A DNA stretch of 64,000 nucleotides from a virus (taxonomy: Duplodnaviria; Caudoviricetes): positions 160,001-224,000 of the IMG/VR virus record IMGVR_UViG_2597490325_000001; one strand, given 5' to 3'. Numbering within the stretch: position 1 is the stretch's first letter; each line of letters opens with the position of its first letter. Below are positions 1-9,387 of this stretch, in pieces. The translations under genes were made by a program, and so were the position numbers. The notes beneath the pieces were generated by a model. It did no database searches, had not been told where the DNA came from, and saw only the letters and a program-made list of their open reading frames with translations.

Positions 1-277
1 AACCACCTGCAGCTTTAATCCATTTTTCCAGTTTAGACACTAAACCTTCCAGAGAGGATTTATCATCTGCTGCATCAAGCATACCCTGAAGTTTGTCAGT
101 ATGCATTTTCTTAAATAGTTCTTTTTTCTCACTATCAGGGAAGTTAGAAATGCCTAAAGAATGCATTGCTTTTCTAAAAGTAAAAGTACTATTAGTTTTA
201 AAGTTACCCTTAGCTTCTTCCCAACCAACACCTTCCAATAGCTGGCATACTAATTCATTATTACCCATGATTTTCAT
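1..277 (-). CDS. Partial gene running off the window edge; probable virion/head protein, paralog of 41094..41483
   Basis: Open frame from ATG 277 (or 268): MKIMGNNELVCQLLEG...KLQGMLDAADDKSSLEGLVSKLEKW. Late promoter at 295-307. Not in the ORF track because it is truncated. Confidence 0.75.
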   Translation of the reverse strand, partial: MKIMGNNELVCQLLEGVGWEEAKGNFKTNSTFTFRKAMHSLGISNFPDSEKKELFKKMHTDKLQGMLDAADDKSSLEGLVSKLEKWIKAAGG

Positions 278-294
278 CCAAAGTGATTAAATTT

Positions 295-307
295 CTATGA
301 AAATGTT
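295..307 (-). promoter_or_regulatory. Late promoter AACA-N6-TAG
   Basis: AACAttttcaTAG on the minus strand; matches the AR9-type late consensus. Confidence 0.65.
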
Positions 308-309
308 CA

Positions 310-1719
310 CTAGATTGATAAAGTAAATAATAAATTACCACAGTCATAAATTATACCATATCCATTATTGAGCATATTCTGTTGCTCTGATAATGATTCA
401 TCAAAATTTTCTAATTTTTCACTAAGTAATCTCTTCTGGAAATTTGCTCTATGAAAAACTTGGCCGTAAAACTTATCCGTATACCAGTATCCTGGATTAG
501 ATACTGATGTTAATTCGAAACCATTTTTAATATAAACTTCACCAAAAGAATATCTGAGATTAGCATAAGAAATAATAGAATTTATATTCAAGTTAGATTC
601 TTTAAAATCTTTTATGGCGAAATTAAGCAATTTACTAAAACCACCAACTATATTAATATCTGAAATAGAAGCAAATCTTAATAATTCTAATGTATTTTCA
701 TCATTTCTATTAAGTAATTTTCTAGTTTTGGAGAAGGTTATTACTGCACATAACTCATCTTCAAAGAATAATCCATAATTGAAGGATGCGTTACATTTAC
801 CTTGCATATGATATGTATCTAAGAATACATTTGATTCTTTAGGGGTAATCTTTTTAACTGCACATTTGCGAGCAAAAATTTTATATGAATTGGCTTGTAA
901 AAGGCTTTTTAGTCTAGATTTTAATTTTTTTCTAGTCCTAGCCCATTCACAGTCAAAAATATTATAAATTCTTATACCTTGATCATAAGCCTCCTCCATT
1001 TTTTCAAAAATATGATATTTTTTTCTAGCCCTATTAGTTTTATTTATACTATGCCAAAATATACCATTTACTTCTATACCAATCTTCATAGATGGTATGT
1101 ATATATCAATTTCTTTCCGTTTATCACTAGGAAGTAATCCTTTAACATTTTTTAAGATTTCAATATCATTTGGTAGAATTTTACGAATAAACATATAAAT
1201 TTCATTTTCTACTTTTGAATCACCATTACTTTTATTTTGATGGTGTAAATGAGGGGATCCATTACCCATCATCAGCTCTCTAGGTCGGATAAAAAATGGT
1301 TTACCAGTAGTTTTGCATATTACTTCAATTTTTGTATTTGTATCTTTATATTTAGATAGGCTAAAATCCATTTTGTCTTTTACAGAAGGATATTTAGCTT
1401 CTAATTTACTTACAAACGTTTCTAAAGAGAAACGTTGAGTATCAGCAGCTTTTTTATAACGGCAATGAGGGCATCCTGTTTTGATTTCTTTTTTACGTAC
1501 AGCTATAAGATTAGTAGGAGTCATCAAAAAAGATTTTTTACATTTATTGTGGATTACTTCTATTTTATCTTGTACCGATTTATATTTTATTGTAGGTGAT
1601 AAAGAGTATTCATTATTAATATTACACTCATTAAAGCTATCAATAAACTTATTCAAATTATTGATATAAATTTTTGATGAACTACCATCAGTTAATTCAT
1701 CAAATTTAGAAATTTGCAT
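310..1719 (-). CDS. Hef-like putative homing endonuclease (DUF723-like repeats, Vsr/PD-(D/E)XK-like nuclease, C-terminal GNAT/Mom-like domain)
   Basis: CPHC and KIEVICK..G..F repeats; EIDIYIPSMKIGIEVNGIFWHS nuclease motif; C-terminal ELLRFAS..VGGFSKLL..ISYANLRYS. Confidence 0.7.
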   Translation of the reverse strand: MQISKFDELTDGSSSKIYINNLNKFIDSFNECNINNEYSLSPTIKYKSVQDKIEVIHNKCKKSFLMTPTNLIAVRKKEIKTGCPHCRYKKAADTQRFSLETFVSKLEAKYPSVKDKMDFSLSKYKDTNTKIEVICKTTGKPFFIRPRELMMGNGSPHLHHQNKSNGDSKVENEIYMFIRKILPNDIEILKNVKGLLPSDKRKEIDIYIPSMKIGIEVNGIFWHSINKTNRARKKYHIFEKMEEAYDQGIRIYNIFDCEWARTRKKLKSRLKSLLQANSYKIFARKCAVKKITPKESNVFLDTYHMQGKCNASFNYGLFFEDELCAVITFSKTRKLLNRNDENTLELLRFASISDINIVGGFSKLLNFAIKDFKESNLNINSIISYANLRYSFGEVYIKNGFELTSVSNPGYWYTDKFYGQVFHRANFQKRLLSEKLENFDESLSEQQNMLNNGYGIIYDCGNLLFTLSI

Positions 1720-1743
1720 AAAAACCTCTCATGAACAATTTAA

Positions 1744-1756
1744 CTAATTTTATGTT
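1744..1756 (-). promoter_or_regulatory. Late promoter AACA-N6-TAG embedded in a hairpin
   Basis: AACAtaaaatTAG inside the inverted repeat ctctcatgaac...gttcatgagag. Confidence 0.55.
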
Positions 1757-1792
1757 CATGAGAGGAGTTCATTAAGAAAATTTATGGAAATA

Positions 1793-3067
1793 TTATTTTG
1801 AGTTTATATCTTCTATATGATCAAAAATATCAAACTCTTTACCTTGTACTGACAAGTCATGGAAAGACTTCATCGAAAGGTTCATAATACGAGCCGAAAT
1901 ACGAGATACATGAAGACCGATATTTTTTACACCTAAACGATAGAACATATCACCTAAACAGTGGTGGCAATAATGTTTATTTTGACATAGTAAAGGTGTA
2001 CGCATCTTAACCGTTTTACCAACATACTTCTCTAGCAATGCAGGAGTTAGACATACTAATTCATTCTTATCGTAGATGTAACGGTAGCGATATTCACGCT
2101 TATTGTCACCAGTAAGCTCTACGTTAATAGTTTTAGTAGTTCCGCAATCACTATCAGGTTTATCGGCAATAATACCACTAAATGCAGCGTTAAACAGCTT
2201 GGTTAAGTAACCACCTTTTTGGGTATCAACTGCACGTCCAGCAGCACCTAATACTGCTAGGTCAGCATGAGGAGCAATATCTTCTTTAGCTACACCATCC
2301 ATAAGGTTAGAAGTAACGATACTAAAGGATGTAGGGTCATCAGATTTAGGGGCAATTCCACGGAAAATAGAGTTTACTTTAAAGTTGTTATTCCATGAAC
2401 CGTTAAACCCGCTATCATAGATCATTTTACCTGTAGCACCTATTTCTTCTAGGTCTTTTTTGGCAAAATCAATCATTTCATTCTCTAGTTTACCAAATGC
2501 CATCACATCATTACTTTCAATAACCTCACGGTTATCTTTAAGCATCTGATCACGTTTTTTCTTAACTTTCTCAGAAGGATGAATTGTTTTAATATCTAGA
2601 CTAGGAATAGAATAAATAGCGGAAGTGTAGCCTAACCATTGCATTCTATCAATGAAATCTTTAACGACATCGGATAAAATGTATTTATCTACATATGCAT
2701 CAGAGATAACACGGTTTAACCCACCAATCACACCAGCAGTGGTAGGTTTATTGATATATTCTAGAATAGTCGCCAAATGAGAATTCTCAATGCCGTTAAT
2801 TGTACCTTTTGCAGAGCCAATAAAAACGTTAAAAACGATTCTACCAGCATTGGTCTCGGTACCTACAATATCTTTCCAGTTTTTAAACTTTCTAAGAATT
2901 GAATCGGCGGGAACTAGAGATTCTTCGATTTTGATACGAGTACGACTATCCATGACAGGTTTATTTGTGGCTGCATCAACCGCAAATACATTTAGGAGAA
3001 AACTTTTAGTAATATCTTCTTCAGTAATCCCTAAAATTGTCTTTTCTGGATCATTTATATCAAACAT
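1793..3067 (-). CDS. Multisubunit RNA polymerase beta-prime C-terminal subunit (probably virion RNAP)
   Basis: Bridge-helix-like GRAVDTQKGGYLTK, DCGT, Zn site RTPLLC..YCHHCLG, trigger-loop-like NLSMKSFH. No DxDGD motif (split subunit). Late-type AACA motif upstream. Confidence 0.9.
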   Translation of the reverse strand: MFDINDPEKTILGITEEDITKSFLLNVFAVDAATNKPVMDSRTRIKIEESLVPADSILRKFKNWKDIVGTETNAGRIVFNVFIGSAKGTINGIENSHLATILEYINKPTTAGVIGGLNRVISDAYVDKYILSDVVKDFIDRMQWLGYTSAIYSIPSLDIKTIHPSEKVKKKRDQMLKDNREVIESNDVMAFGKLENEMIDFAKKDLEEIGATGKMIYDSGFNGSWNNNFKVNSIFRGIAPKSDDPTSFSIVTSNLMDGVAKEDIAPHADLAVLGAAGRAVDTQKGGYLTKLFNAAFSGIIADKPDSDCGTTKTINVELTGDNKREYRYRYIYDKNELVCLTPALLEKYVGKTVKMRTPLLCQNKHYCHHCLGDMFYRLGVKNIGLHVSRISARIMNLSMKSFHDLSVQGKEFDIFDHIEDINSK

Positions 3068-3089
3068 TTTCTATGTTCCGAAGAAAAAG

Positions 3090-3330
3090 AAATAAATACG
3101 CCTATGACCGTGAAGATCATAGGCGCAGGACTTTATTTTCTATCAGTGATCCAATGAAAGTATTTCTTAGTATTAATCGTCGTCAGAATCTCCACCACCT
3201 ACAGGGAGAAATGAGTCAAACCATGAGATAAGATTTTTATTTTCATTGGAAGAGATAGAGTTATTCATTCTTATTAGCCTGAGTTGATGCTTGGTAATAA
3301 GAACAGATTGATCTACAACGAGACCGCATT
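3090..3330 (-). ncRNA. Candidate structured small RNA (about 230 nt), may encode a 31-aa peptide
   Basis: Early promoter at 3334-3342, nested stems from 3139 to 3303, terminator at 3099-3125. Confidence 0.5.
3099..3125 (-). terminator. Intrinsic terminator
   Basis: cgcctatga-loop-tcataggcg followed by a T-rich tract on the minus strand. Confidence 0.7.
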
Positions 3331-3333
3331 AAA

Positions 3334-3342
3334 ATAATATAT
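3334..3342 (-). promoter_or_regulatory. Early promoter ATATATTAT
   Basis: gATATATTATtttaatg on the minus strand, same motif as upstream of early genes. Confidence 0.6.
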
Positions 3343-3351
3343 CTTTGAAGA

Positions 3352-4038
3352 TTATGCGTATACGTAGTATTCTACAATCAGACCTTTACCAGTTTCTGCT
3401 GATAGAGGTTCTGTTTCAAAGGTAATACGGGAGAAGATTTTAATGTCGTTATAAGTATTATCTGAAGGCACTACTGCGGAGAATAGGCCAAGTTCAGAAA
3501 TACGTGAACCACGGGCATCTTTCTCGTTAATAGTCAGAGTAGCTTTAACGTAGTAGTCATCTTTAACTGTATCAGTAATCAATTCAACCTTAGTAAAGGT
3601 TTTCTTCATATACTGAGTATCGGAACCACTAACCTTAGTATCGGTATAGAAGTTAGCATCTTCTGAAGGCATAGGGTTAGCAGTGTTAGCAATACGGAAT
3701 GGCACTGCAGTGTTAAGCTGAGTATCTGCTGAAGTAGGAGTGATAGGGTTGAATGGATCAGATACAGGAGCACCGCCACTACCGATACCGAACAGACATA
3801 CATAGCGATTATGTAGAAGAGTTTCGTTCTCTGAGCTATAAGGAAGCTTAAACAGTTTACGCAGAGTGAATTCACGACCAGTCTGAACTACAAGGTTTCT
3901 TTTAACTTGCAAAATATTATTAGTGACGGGATCACGAATAACAATAAAGTTTTCACGAGCCTTATTAGCACGAACAGCATCCTGAATCAGTAATTTTTCA
4001 TCGTGTGTCATGACACGCTGAGAATCAATTTCAAACAT
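3352..4038 (-). CDS. Baseplate/tail-collar-like structural protein
   Basis: NLVV..GR, GIGSGG and ISELGLFS motifs typical of baseplate/fibre-attachment proteins; late promoter at 4066-4078. Confidence 0.6.
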   Translation of the reverse strand: MFEIDSQRVMTHDEKLLIQDAVRANKARENFIVIRDPVTNNILQVKRNLVVQTGREFTLRKLFKLPYSSENETLLHNRYVCLFGIGSGGAPVSDPFNPITPTSADTQLNTAVPFRIANTANPMPSEDANFYTDTKVSGSDTQYMKKTFTKVELITDTVKDDYYVKATLTINEKDARGSRISELGLFSAVVPSDNTYNDIKIFSRITFETEPLSAETGKGLIVEYYVYA

Positions 4039-4065
4039 TGTTAAATTCCTATTTATGATATAGAA

Positions 4066-4078
4066 CTAAAAGTTTGTT
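4066..4078 (-). promoter_or_regulatory. Late promoter AACA-N6-TAG
   Basis: AACAaactttTAG. Confidence 0.7.
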
Positions 4079-4088
4079 GAGGAAGATC

Positions 4089-6683
4089 TTAATCTTCACC
4101 AGTAACCGTTATTACAAAATTATCCTGCATTAACATTTTAGATTTAACTGGTAATGAGGTAATGGGAACGGCTTTCTCTGAGCCAAAATCTGGTAGAGCG
4201 TCTATATAAAAGTTACCTTTTGTAGATTTAATAACTTCTTTCAATACATTGTATTCCTTAATAGAGTAATTAGCTAATTTCTTTTTAAATACGTCATTAA
4301 AGTTAATTTTATTCACACTATCCATAAATGACGAATAAGTCTGGAAATCTCTTAATTTAGCATTTTTATCATAGATGTGATATGTGGAATTAGGAACAAA
4401 ATTGTCATCAATTTCTAAGGTATCTGTAGAGAAATCATTATTATGGTAAGTAGTGTTAATTACCGGATAATCTCTTACAAATACAGTATCAAACTGATTA
4501 AAATATGAATTAGCTACCTTGATTTGATCGTACATATTGAACTTAATACTATCTTTCATAGTAAAAGTACCGTACCTTACCAAATCATCATGAATATTCA
4601 CTCTATCAAAGAGGTTAAACCATTTATTACTGTAAATGAAATCATAGAAGTAATCACCTTTAGGAATATAATCTCTTAATGGTAATACACTTATATTACG
4701 GAAACTATCTCGAAGATGTAAAATTTCTTTATAATGGAAATCGGCATTAAATACTTGCTTATCCTTGAAATAAATCCAGTCAGTAGTAACCTGTTTACCT
4801 AAGTAAGTAAAGATACTAGTAATATCATGTAAATGAACTTTATCATAATAATGGAAATTTCCTAAGAATACATATCTATCCCAAGTAGCACCAGTAACAT
4901 GGTCTTCAATGGGAATAATACTATCCATAGATTCCACACCGTCGAATATACGACCGTCTAGTTCTTCTTTAAGCACCATGAAAAAACTAAGTTCTCTAAG
5001 AGTTACAGTAAATGACTTAAATACTTCGATTACGTCTCTAAGATAACTGGAAAGGATATCTACAGATGTAGAACCAAAGAATAAATCCATATCATTGAGA
5101 TATGACTTAACTACATCAGTTACATACGTAATTTCACGTTCTATCTCAATTTGTCTTTCTTCAGGGTCTTCAATATTGCGAATAGCGTTAATGAAATTAT
5201 AAATGTCAATATTACGACTTAAAATGTAGTCTGTATAGGTTTCAGCTTTATTGAAGAGAGAATAATTAAGTTTTTGAGTAAAACGGGCATAATAAATCTG
5301 TTTTAACTGTTTATAGCGTTTATAATCAGTTTCAGTATGCAAAGCATCTTTGATATTAGAGTGGATACCAATATTGTAATCAAATACCTCTAAAGTTTTT
5401 TCCTTATCAAAAGAAGTTTCTTTAGTCATATCCTTAACTGGATATAAGTTAGGGTCTACTGGCTTGGTATTAACTATATCTACTGGATAGGTTATAGTAC
5501 CACTTCTATCTTTAAATTGATAGATGGATACAATATTCTCTAAATCATATTCAATGGTATCTACTACACCTTGATAATCGAGAGTCAAGATTTGTAAAAG
5601 AACTAAAGTATCTTCTAGAGTAATTGGATCCAAAGATATCTTAGATGCAGTAAAAGTCATGAATTCTTTACTACTATAACTTTCACGAATTTTACGTAAT
5701 AAATTTAAGAGATAAACTGTATTGAGACCTTCTTTAGCTAATTCAAAGCCTGACTCAATGGAGAAGTATTTAGATTGGACATAATCAAAATTGTATCTAG
5801 CAATTTCTGTATTAGTCGTTCTCCAAGTATCATCTCCAAGAGTTACATCAGCAATGGTGTTATCATTATAATCACCAGCTTTAATAGCTTTAGATAATGA
5901 ATCAATACGGATATTATGAGAGATAAAACGAGGGTTATTGATGATAGTGTTTGTACCATCAGTTTCCTTACGAGTCTCATCTCTTACTAAATAGTATTTA
6001 AAAATATTAATATTATCGAAATTAAAAATATCAAGAATATTAATAATAACTTTATCAGTACCCTTGTTTCTTATAAGCGAATTGATATTTTTTGCAATTT
6101 TCTGCTTATACTGTAAAGGTACTGATTTAAAATAACTGATACCGAATGACAAGATAAAATCATCAATCATTGATTCATTCATCATATCAATATCATATGG
6201 ATACTTCAACCAGTTATCAATGTAGTTAATTAATGCCATGATATTAATTGACATTAAACAGAAGTTTCTATAATTCTCTTCCGTTTCCATTGATTTAGCA
6301 TAGTTGGTAGCGTAGAAGTACGTTAAACACTTCTTATAAATTGGCCCATACTGACTTAGGTATGGATATGTAGTTTCCATATCACTATCAGTATAGATAA
6401 TATCTAAGTCTTTTGCTCTTCGACTAGTATAATATGGAATCTGATAAGTATCAAAAAGATTCTTATAGTAAGGGTTTAATTCTACATAATCATTGATGAT
6501 CTGCTGTCGTTCAGCTTCTGTATGATTATCCATTTTTAAATAAGCTGCCATATATTCTGAAGAGGCTTTCATAGAATTTTCAGTCTCTTGAGAATCAGCA
6601 GATAATTCATCTTTAAATACCATCTTGATAATATATTGAACTAGATTTTCAATATACTCAAGGGTATTATCATTTATTTTCAT
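4089..6683 (-). CDS. Large baseplate wedge-like structural protein with C-terminal degenerate repeats
   Basis: LIRNKGT..I..I..IF wedge-like motif; C-terminal ~18-aa D-x-hydrophobic-x-hydrophobic-x-D repeats; late operon context. Confidence 0.55.
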   Translation of the reverse strand: MKINDNTLEYIENLVQYIIKMVFKDELSADSQETENSMKASSEYMAAYLKMDNHTEAERQQIINDYVELNPYYKNLFDTYQIPYYTSRRAKDLDIIYTDSDMETTYPYLSQYGPIYKKCLTYFYATNYAKSMETEENYRNFCLMSINIMALINYIDNWLKYPYDIDMMNESMIDDFILSFGISYFKSVPLQYKQKIAKNINSLIRNKGTDKVIINILDIFNFDNINIFKYYLVRDETRKETDGTNTIINNPRFISHNIRIDSLSKAIKAGDYNDNTIADVTLGDDTWRTTNTEIARYNFDYVQSKYFSIESGFELAKEGLNTVYLLNLLRKIRESYSSKEFMTFTASKISLDPITLEDTLVLLQILTLDYQGVVDTIEYDLENIVSIYQFKDRSGTITYPVDIVNTKPVDPNLYPVKDMTKETSFDKEKTLEVFDYNIGIHSNIKDALHTETDYKRYKQLKQIYYARFTQKLNYSLFNKAETYTDYILSRNIDIYNFINAIRNIEDPEERQIEIEREITYVTDVVKSYLNDMDLFFGSTSVDILSSYLRDVIEVFKSFTVTLRELSFFMVLKEELDGRIFDGVESMDSIIPIEDHVTGATWDRYVFLGNFHYYDKVHLHDITSIFTYLGKQVTTDWIYFKDKQVFNADFHYKEILHLRDSFRNISVLPLRDYIPKGDYFYDFIYSNKWFNLFDRVNIHDDLVRYGTFTMKDSIKFNMYDQIKVANSYFNQFDTVFVRDYPVINTTYHNNDFSTDTLEIDDNFVPNSTYHIYDKNAKLRDFQTYSSFMDSVNKINFNDVFKKKLANYSIKEYNVLKEVIKSTKGNFYIDALPDFGSEKAVPITSLPVKSKMLMQDNFVITVTGED

Positions 6684-7032
6684 TACTAGAACCCTTTTCT
6701 AATTCTGCAGCCATTCCATCATAAATCTTAAAGGTGGAACCTAAAGATTTATAGCAACCAATATGACCTTTCTGAAGACTATTAATTGCAGATAATAATT
6801 CTTGCTCAGGAATATTTACATTCTGAGGGTCGGCTTTATACTTGGCTAATGACGGAATAAGTTCATATAGAGATTTAGGTTTAGGGCAGCTTTGTTTAAT
6901 ATTTTCTTTATCTAGCTTAGGAACTACAATTTCAGTTTTGGTAACTACTCGATCTACATATTCAACCTTTGGAGCACAACCAGCTAATACGATAAAAGAA
7001 GTTAATGCTAGTGCTTTAATAATGGTTTTCAT
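6670..7032 (-). CDS. Outer-membrane spanin lipoprotein (Rz1/o-spanin-like)
   Basis: Signal peptide with lipobox VLAGC, Pro/Cys content, directly downstream of an i-spanin-like gene. Confidence 0.65.
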   Translation of the reverse strand: MKTIIKALALTSFIVLAGCAPKVEYVDRVVTKTEIVVPKLDKENIKQSCPKPKSLYELIPSLAKYKADPQNVNIPEQELLSAINSLQKGHIGCYKSLGSTFKIYDGMAAELEKGSSNENK

Positions 7033-7464
7033 TTACAGATCCTCAAGATTATCAACTACAGTATCAAAATTATCAGCGATTTTTACTAAAGCTTTGGAAG
7101 ACTCTTTACTGATTACTTTATCAGCTGGAACTTCTTTGATAATAACTTCAACATTTGATTTGTCGATGTCATTAAGTTTATTGTCTTCTGCTTTTAAGTT
7201 AGCAATCTCTGTCTGTTGAATGGCATTTGCAGCCTCTAATTTTTTATTCTTATCTTGCTCAGCTTTTAGTGCAGCTTCTAATTGGTCTGATACAAGTTTC
7301 TGAGCAGTGTACTTACCTTCCCACTCAGTTGATGCTTTTGCGTTATCTGCAATGCCGTTTAAAAATAAACCAATAACTACCACTACGATAGCTATGCAGA
7401 TTGCAAGGATAATATTCTTATATGAGGACACAAAATTATTTAGTATACTGTCCATTCTCTTCAC
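7033..7464 (-). CDS. Inner-membrane spanin (Rz/i-spanin-like)
   Basis: Single N-terminal TM helix followed by a coiled coil; adjacent lipoprotein gene. Confidence 0.65.
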   Translation of the reverse strand: MKRMDSILNNFVSSYKNIILAICIAIVVVVIGLFLNGIADNAKASTEWEGKYTAQKLVSDQLEAALKAEQDKNKKLEAANAIQQTEIANLKAEDNKLNDIDKSNVEVIIKEVPADKVISKESSKALVKIADNFDTVVDNLEDL

Positions 7465-7499
7465 CTTTAAGGTATATGATTCGTTATTTTATTGAAAAA

Positions 7500-7525
7500 C
7501 TATATAGATGTTAACATGAATATAG
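7500..7525. promoter_or_regulatory. Back-to-back divergent late promoters
   Basis: AACAtctataTAG (minus, 7500-7512) abuts AACAtgaataTAG (plus, 7513-7525). Confidence 0.7.
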
Positions 7526-7556
7526 TTTAACTTATAGAAAATATAGGCATCTTATA

Positions 7557-8267
7557 ATGAGTTCTAAACAATTTGTCTTTCCCTTAGACAAAAAGAAATT
7601 TTCTTCTAAGCCACTTATGTATGCTTACATTGAAGAAAATTATTCGAATATGCTAAGCGAAGAAATGTCTCCAGCGAGATTATATTTTAATCTTAAATAT
7701 AATAAAACTCATGGTAAATCAGTTATATCTGGAAAACCTACTCCTTGGAATGAGGTCACTGAAAGATATGAACGTTTTGCTAATGAAGAAGAACGTAAAG
7801 AATATCGTCAGATGTTCAGATCTAGAATGATTAAAAAGTATGGTAAGGATCATATTCTGGATGAGCCTGAGCAGCAAAAGGTAATGCTTCAAAATCGTTC
7901 TATTTCTAAAGAGTATAAATGGTGTGATGGAAGTATTTCTGTAGTTAATAGTCAGTATGAATATGATTTTCTTAACTTTGTGGAAAGCGTATATCGTTTT
8001 GATAAGAATTGCTTTACTGAACCACCTACAATTTACTACAAAGATGGTAGTAATATGAACTTTTACCTTCCAGATTTTTACATTCCTTCATTGAATTTAA
8101 TTATCGAAGTAAAAGGTTCTAATGGCCATTATCAGAATAGAGACTCTTACAAAGAGAAACTCAAAGCTGAAGCTACTATCAAAGAAGGTTTTAATTTTAT
8201 TCAGTTAAATGATAGAAATTATACACCATTCAATATATTTTTCAAAAAACAAGTTCTAGATAACTAA
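7557..8267 (+). CDS. PD-(D/E)XK / TnsA-like nuclease (possibly head-completion type)
   Basis: SQYE..F, YLPDFYIPSLNLIIEVKG. Confidence 0.65.
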   Translation: MSSKQFVFPLDKKKFSSKPLMYAYIEENYSNMLSEEMSPARLYFNLKYNKTHGKSVISGKPTPWNEVTERYERFANEEERKEYRQMFRSRMIKKYGKDHILDEPEQQKVMLQNRSISKEYKWCDGSISVVNSQYEYDFLNFVESVYRFDKNCFTEPPTIYYKDGSNMNFYLPDFYIPSLNLIIEVKGSNGHYQNRDSYKEKLKAEATIKEGFNFIQLNDRNYTPFNIFFKKQVLDN

Positions 8268-8299
8268 GTTTTAGAAAAATTACACACAAGGTTCTACCA

Positions 8300-8971
8300 A
8301 TGACCAAAGTATCTTACTCCGACATTAAAAGATTACTTACTACAGGTAGTTTAGAATTTAATATTTCTGATGATATTTATTTCATTAAAGATAATGTATA
8401 TAATAATTTAATTAATAATTTAAATAAAATAAATAAATATTCTTATCCTGTTATTGATAATGAAAAAGTATTAGATAAAGCTTCTTATACTAATAGAATT
8501 ATTCAAATGGATAGATTTATTAGAAATCACTTCTTTGATGGATGTTTAATTGATTTTAGTGAAAATAACTATCATATTTTAGATAAAAGATTTATATTTA
8601 ATGGTATTATCGGTTTAAAACCTAGATTCATCAGTAAATTTTATACAATTAATGAAAATAGTGATAATTTTTTAAAGAAATTATACAAAAACACTATGAA
8701 TCTTATTTGTAGAAGAAGAATGTTAACTTCCAAACAAGGTGATACTAAAGTATTAGATTTAGCTATTAAAATTAAGTCTAATGTGGATACTCACCTAGCC
8801 TGTATAATCTCAATTAAAGATCGTTATAAAGATTGTGGAGCAGTTATTGTAAATAATATAACTTTTTTAAGAGCTGGCACTGAAATTGACTCAGTAATAG
8901 TTCACATGAAAGAAACAAAACCGCTATACAATTTAATAGATATGATCGATATCGAATTTGTTATTTTATAG
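8300..8971 (+). CDS. Hypothetical protein
   Basis: 223-aa ORF with aagg RBS; very AT-rich. Confidence 0.7.
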   Translation: MTKVSYSDIKRLLTTGSLEFNISDDIYFIKDNVYNNLINNLNKINKYSYPVIDNEKVLDKASYTNRIIQMDRFIRNHFFDGCLIDFSENNYHILDKRFIFNGIIGLKPRFISKFYTINENSDNFLKKLYKNTMNLICRRRMLTSKQGDTKVLDLAIKIKSNVDTHLACIISIKDRYKDCGAVIVNNITFLRAGTEIDSVIVHMKETKPLYNLIDMIDIEFVIL

Positions 8972-8980
8972 GAAACAATC

Positions 8981-9376
8981 ATGCCATTTTTCTTAAAAGA
9001 AAATCTTGATGAAGAACCTACCGAAGTATTTACTGAAGAAGAAGTAGATACTATCTTTGGTAACTTCATTGCTTATGCTGAACGTAAACTCAAGGGTTAT
9101 TCTACTAAGGAAATTGATATCTTAGCTAATAGAGCTAAGAAATTAAATTCCGAAGAAGTTAAGCGTGACCTTTTATCAAGAATCGATGCTGCTAAAAAAG
9201 CTGCTAATGAAGCTCTTCAAAAAGCCGAATCTGGTAGCGATAAGTATCGTGAATTGCGTCTTCAAATTCAGGTTTTAGGTGAATTAAACTCTAAGGTTAA
9301 GTCCTTTAAGATTACTAAATATGATGAACCTGAGAAAAAAGACGACCGTGACGTAATTGACCTTGATCACAACTAA
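8981..9376 (+). CDS. Hypothetical, possibly a processed head protein
   Basis: agga RBS; acidic N-terminus with FLKE; helical body. Confidence 0.7.
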   Translation: MPFFLKENLDEEPTEVFTEEEVDTIFGNFIAYAERKLKGYSTKEIDILANRAKKLNSEEVKRDLLSRIDAAKKAANEALQKAESGSDKYRELRLQIQVLGELNSKVKSFKITKYDEPEKKDDRDVIDLDHN

Positions 9377-9387
9377 AAGGTAGTGAA

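Noticed and set aside
3090-3330. tmRNA with a DD-ending tag
   Set aside because: No tRNA-like acceptor ends, T-loop or CCA; kept only as a generic structured RNA
7557-8267. TnsA transposase of a Tn7-like element
   Set aside because: No tnsB/tnsC or transposon ends; late promoter and structural context favour a phage nuclease
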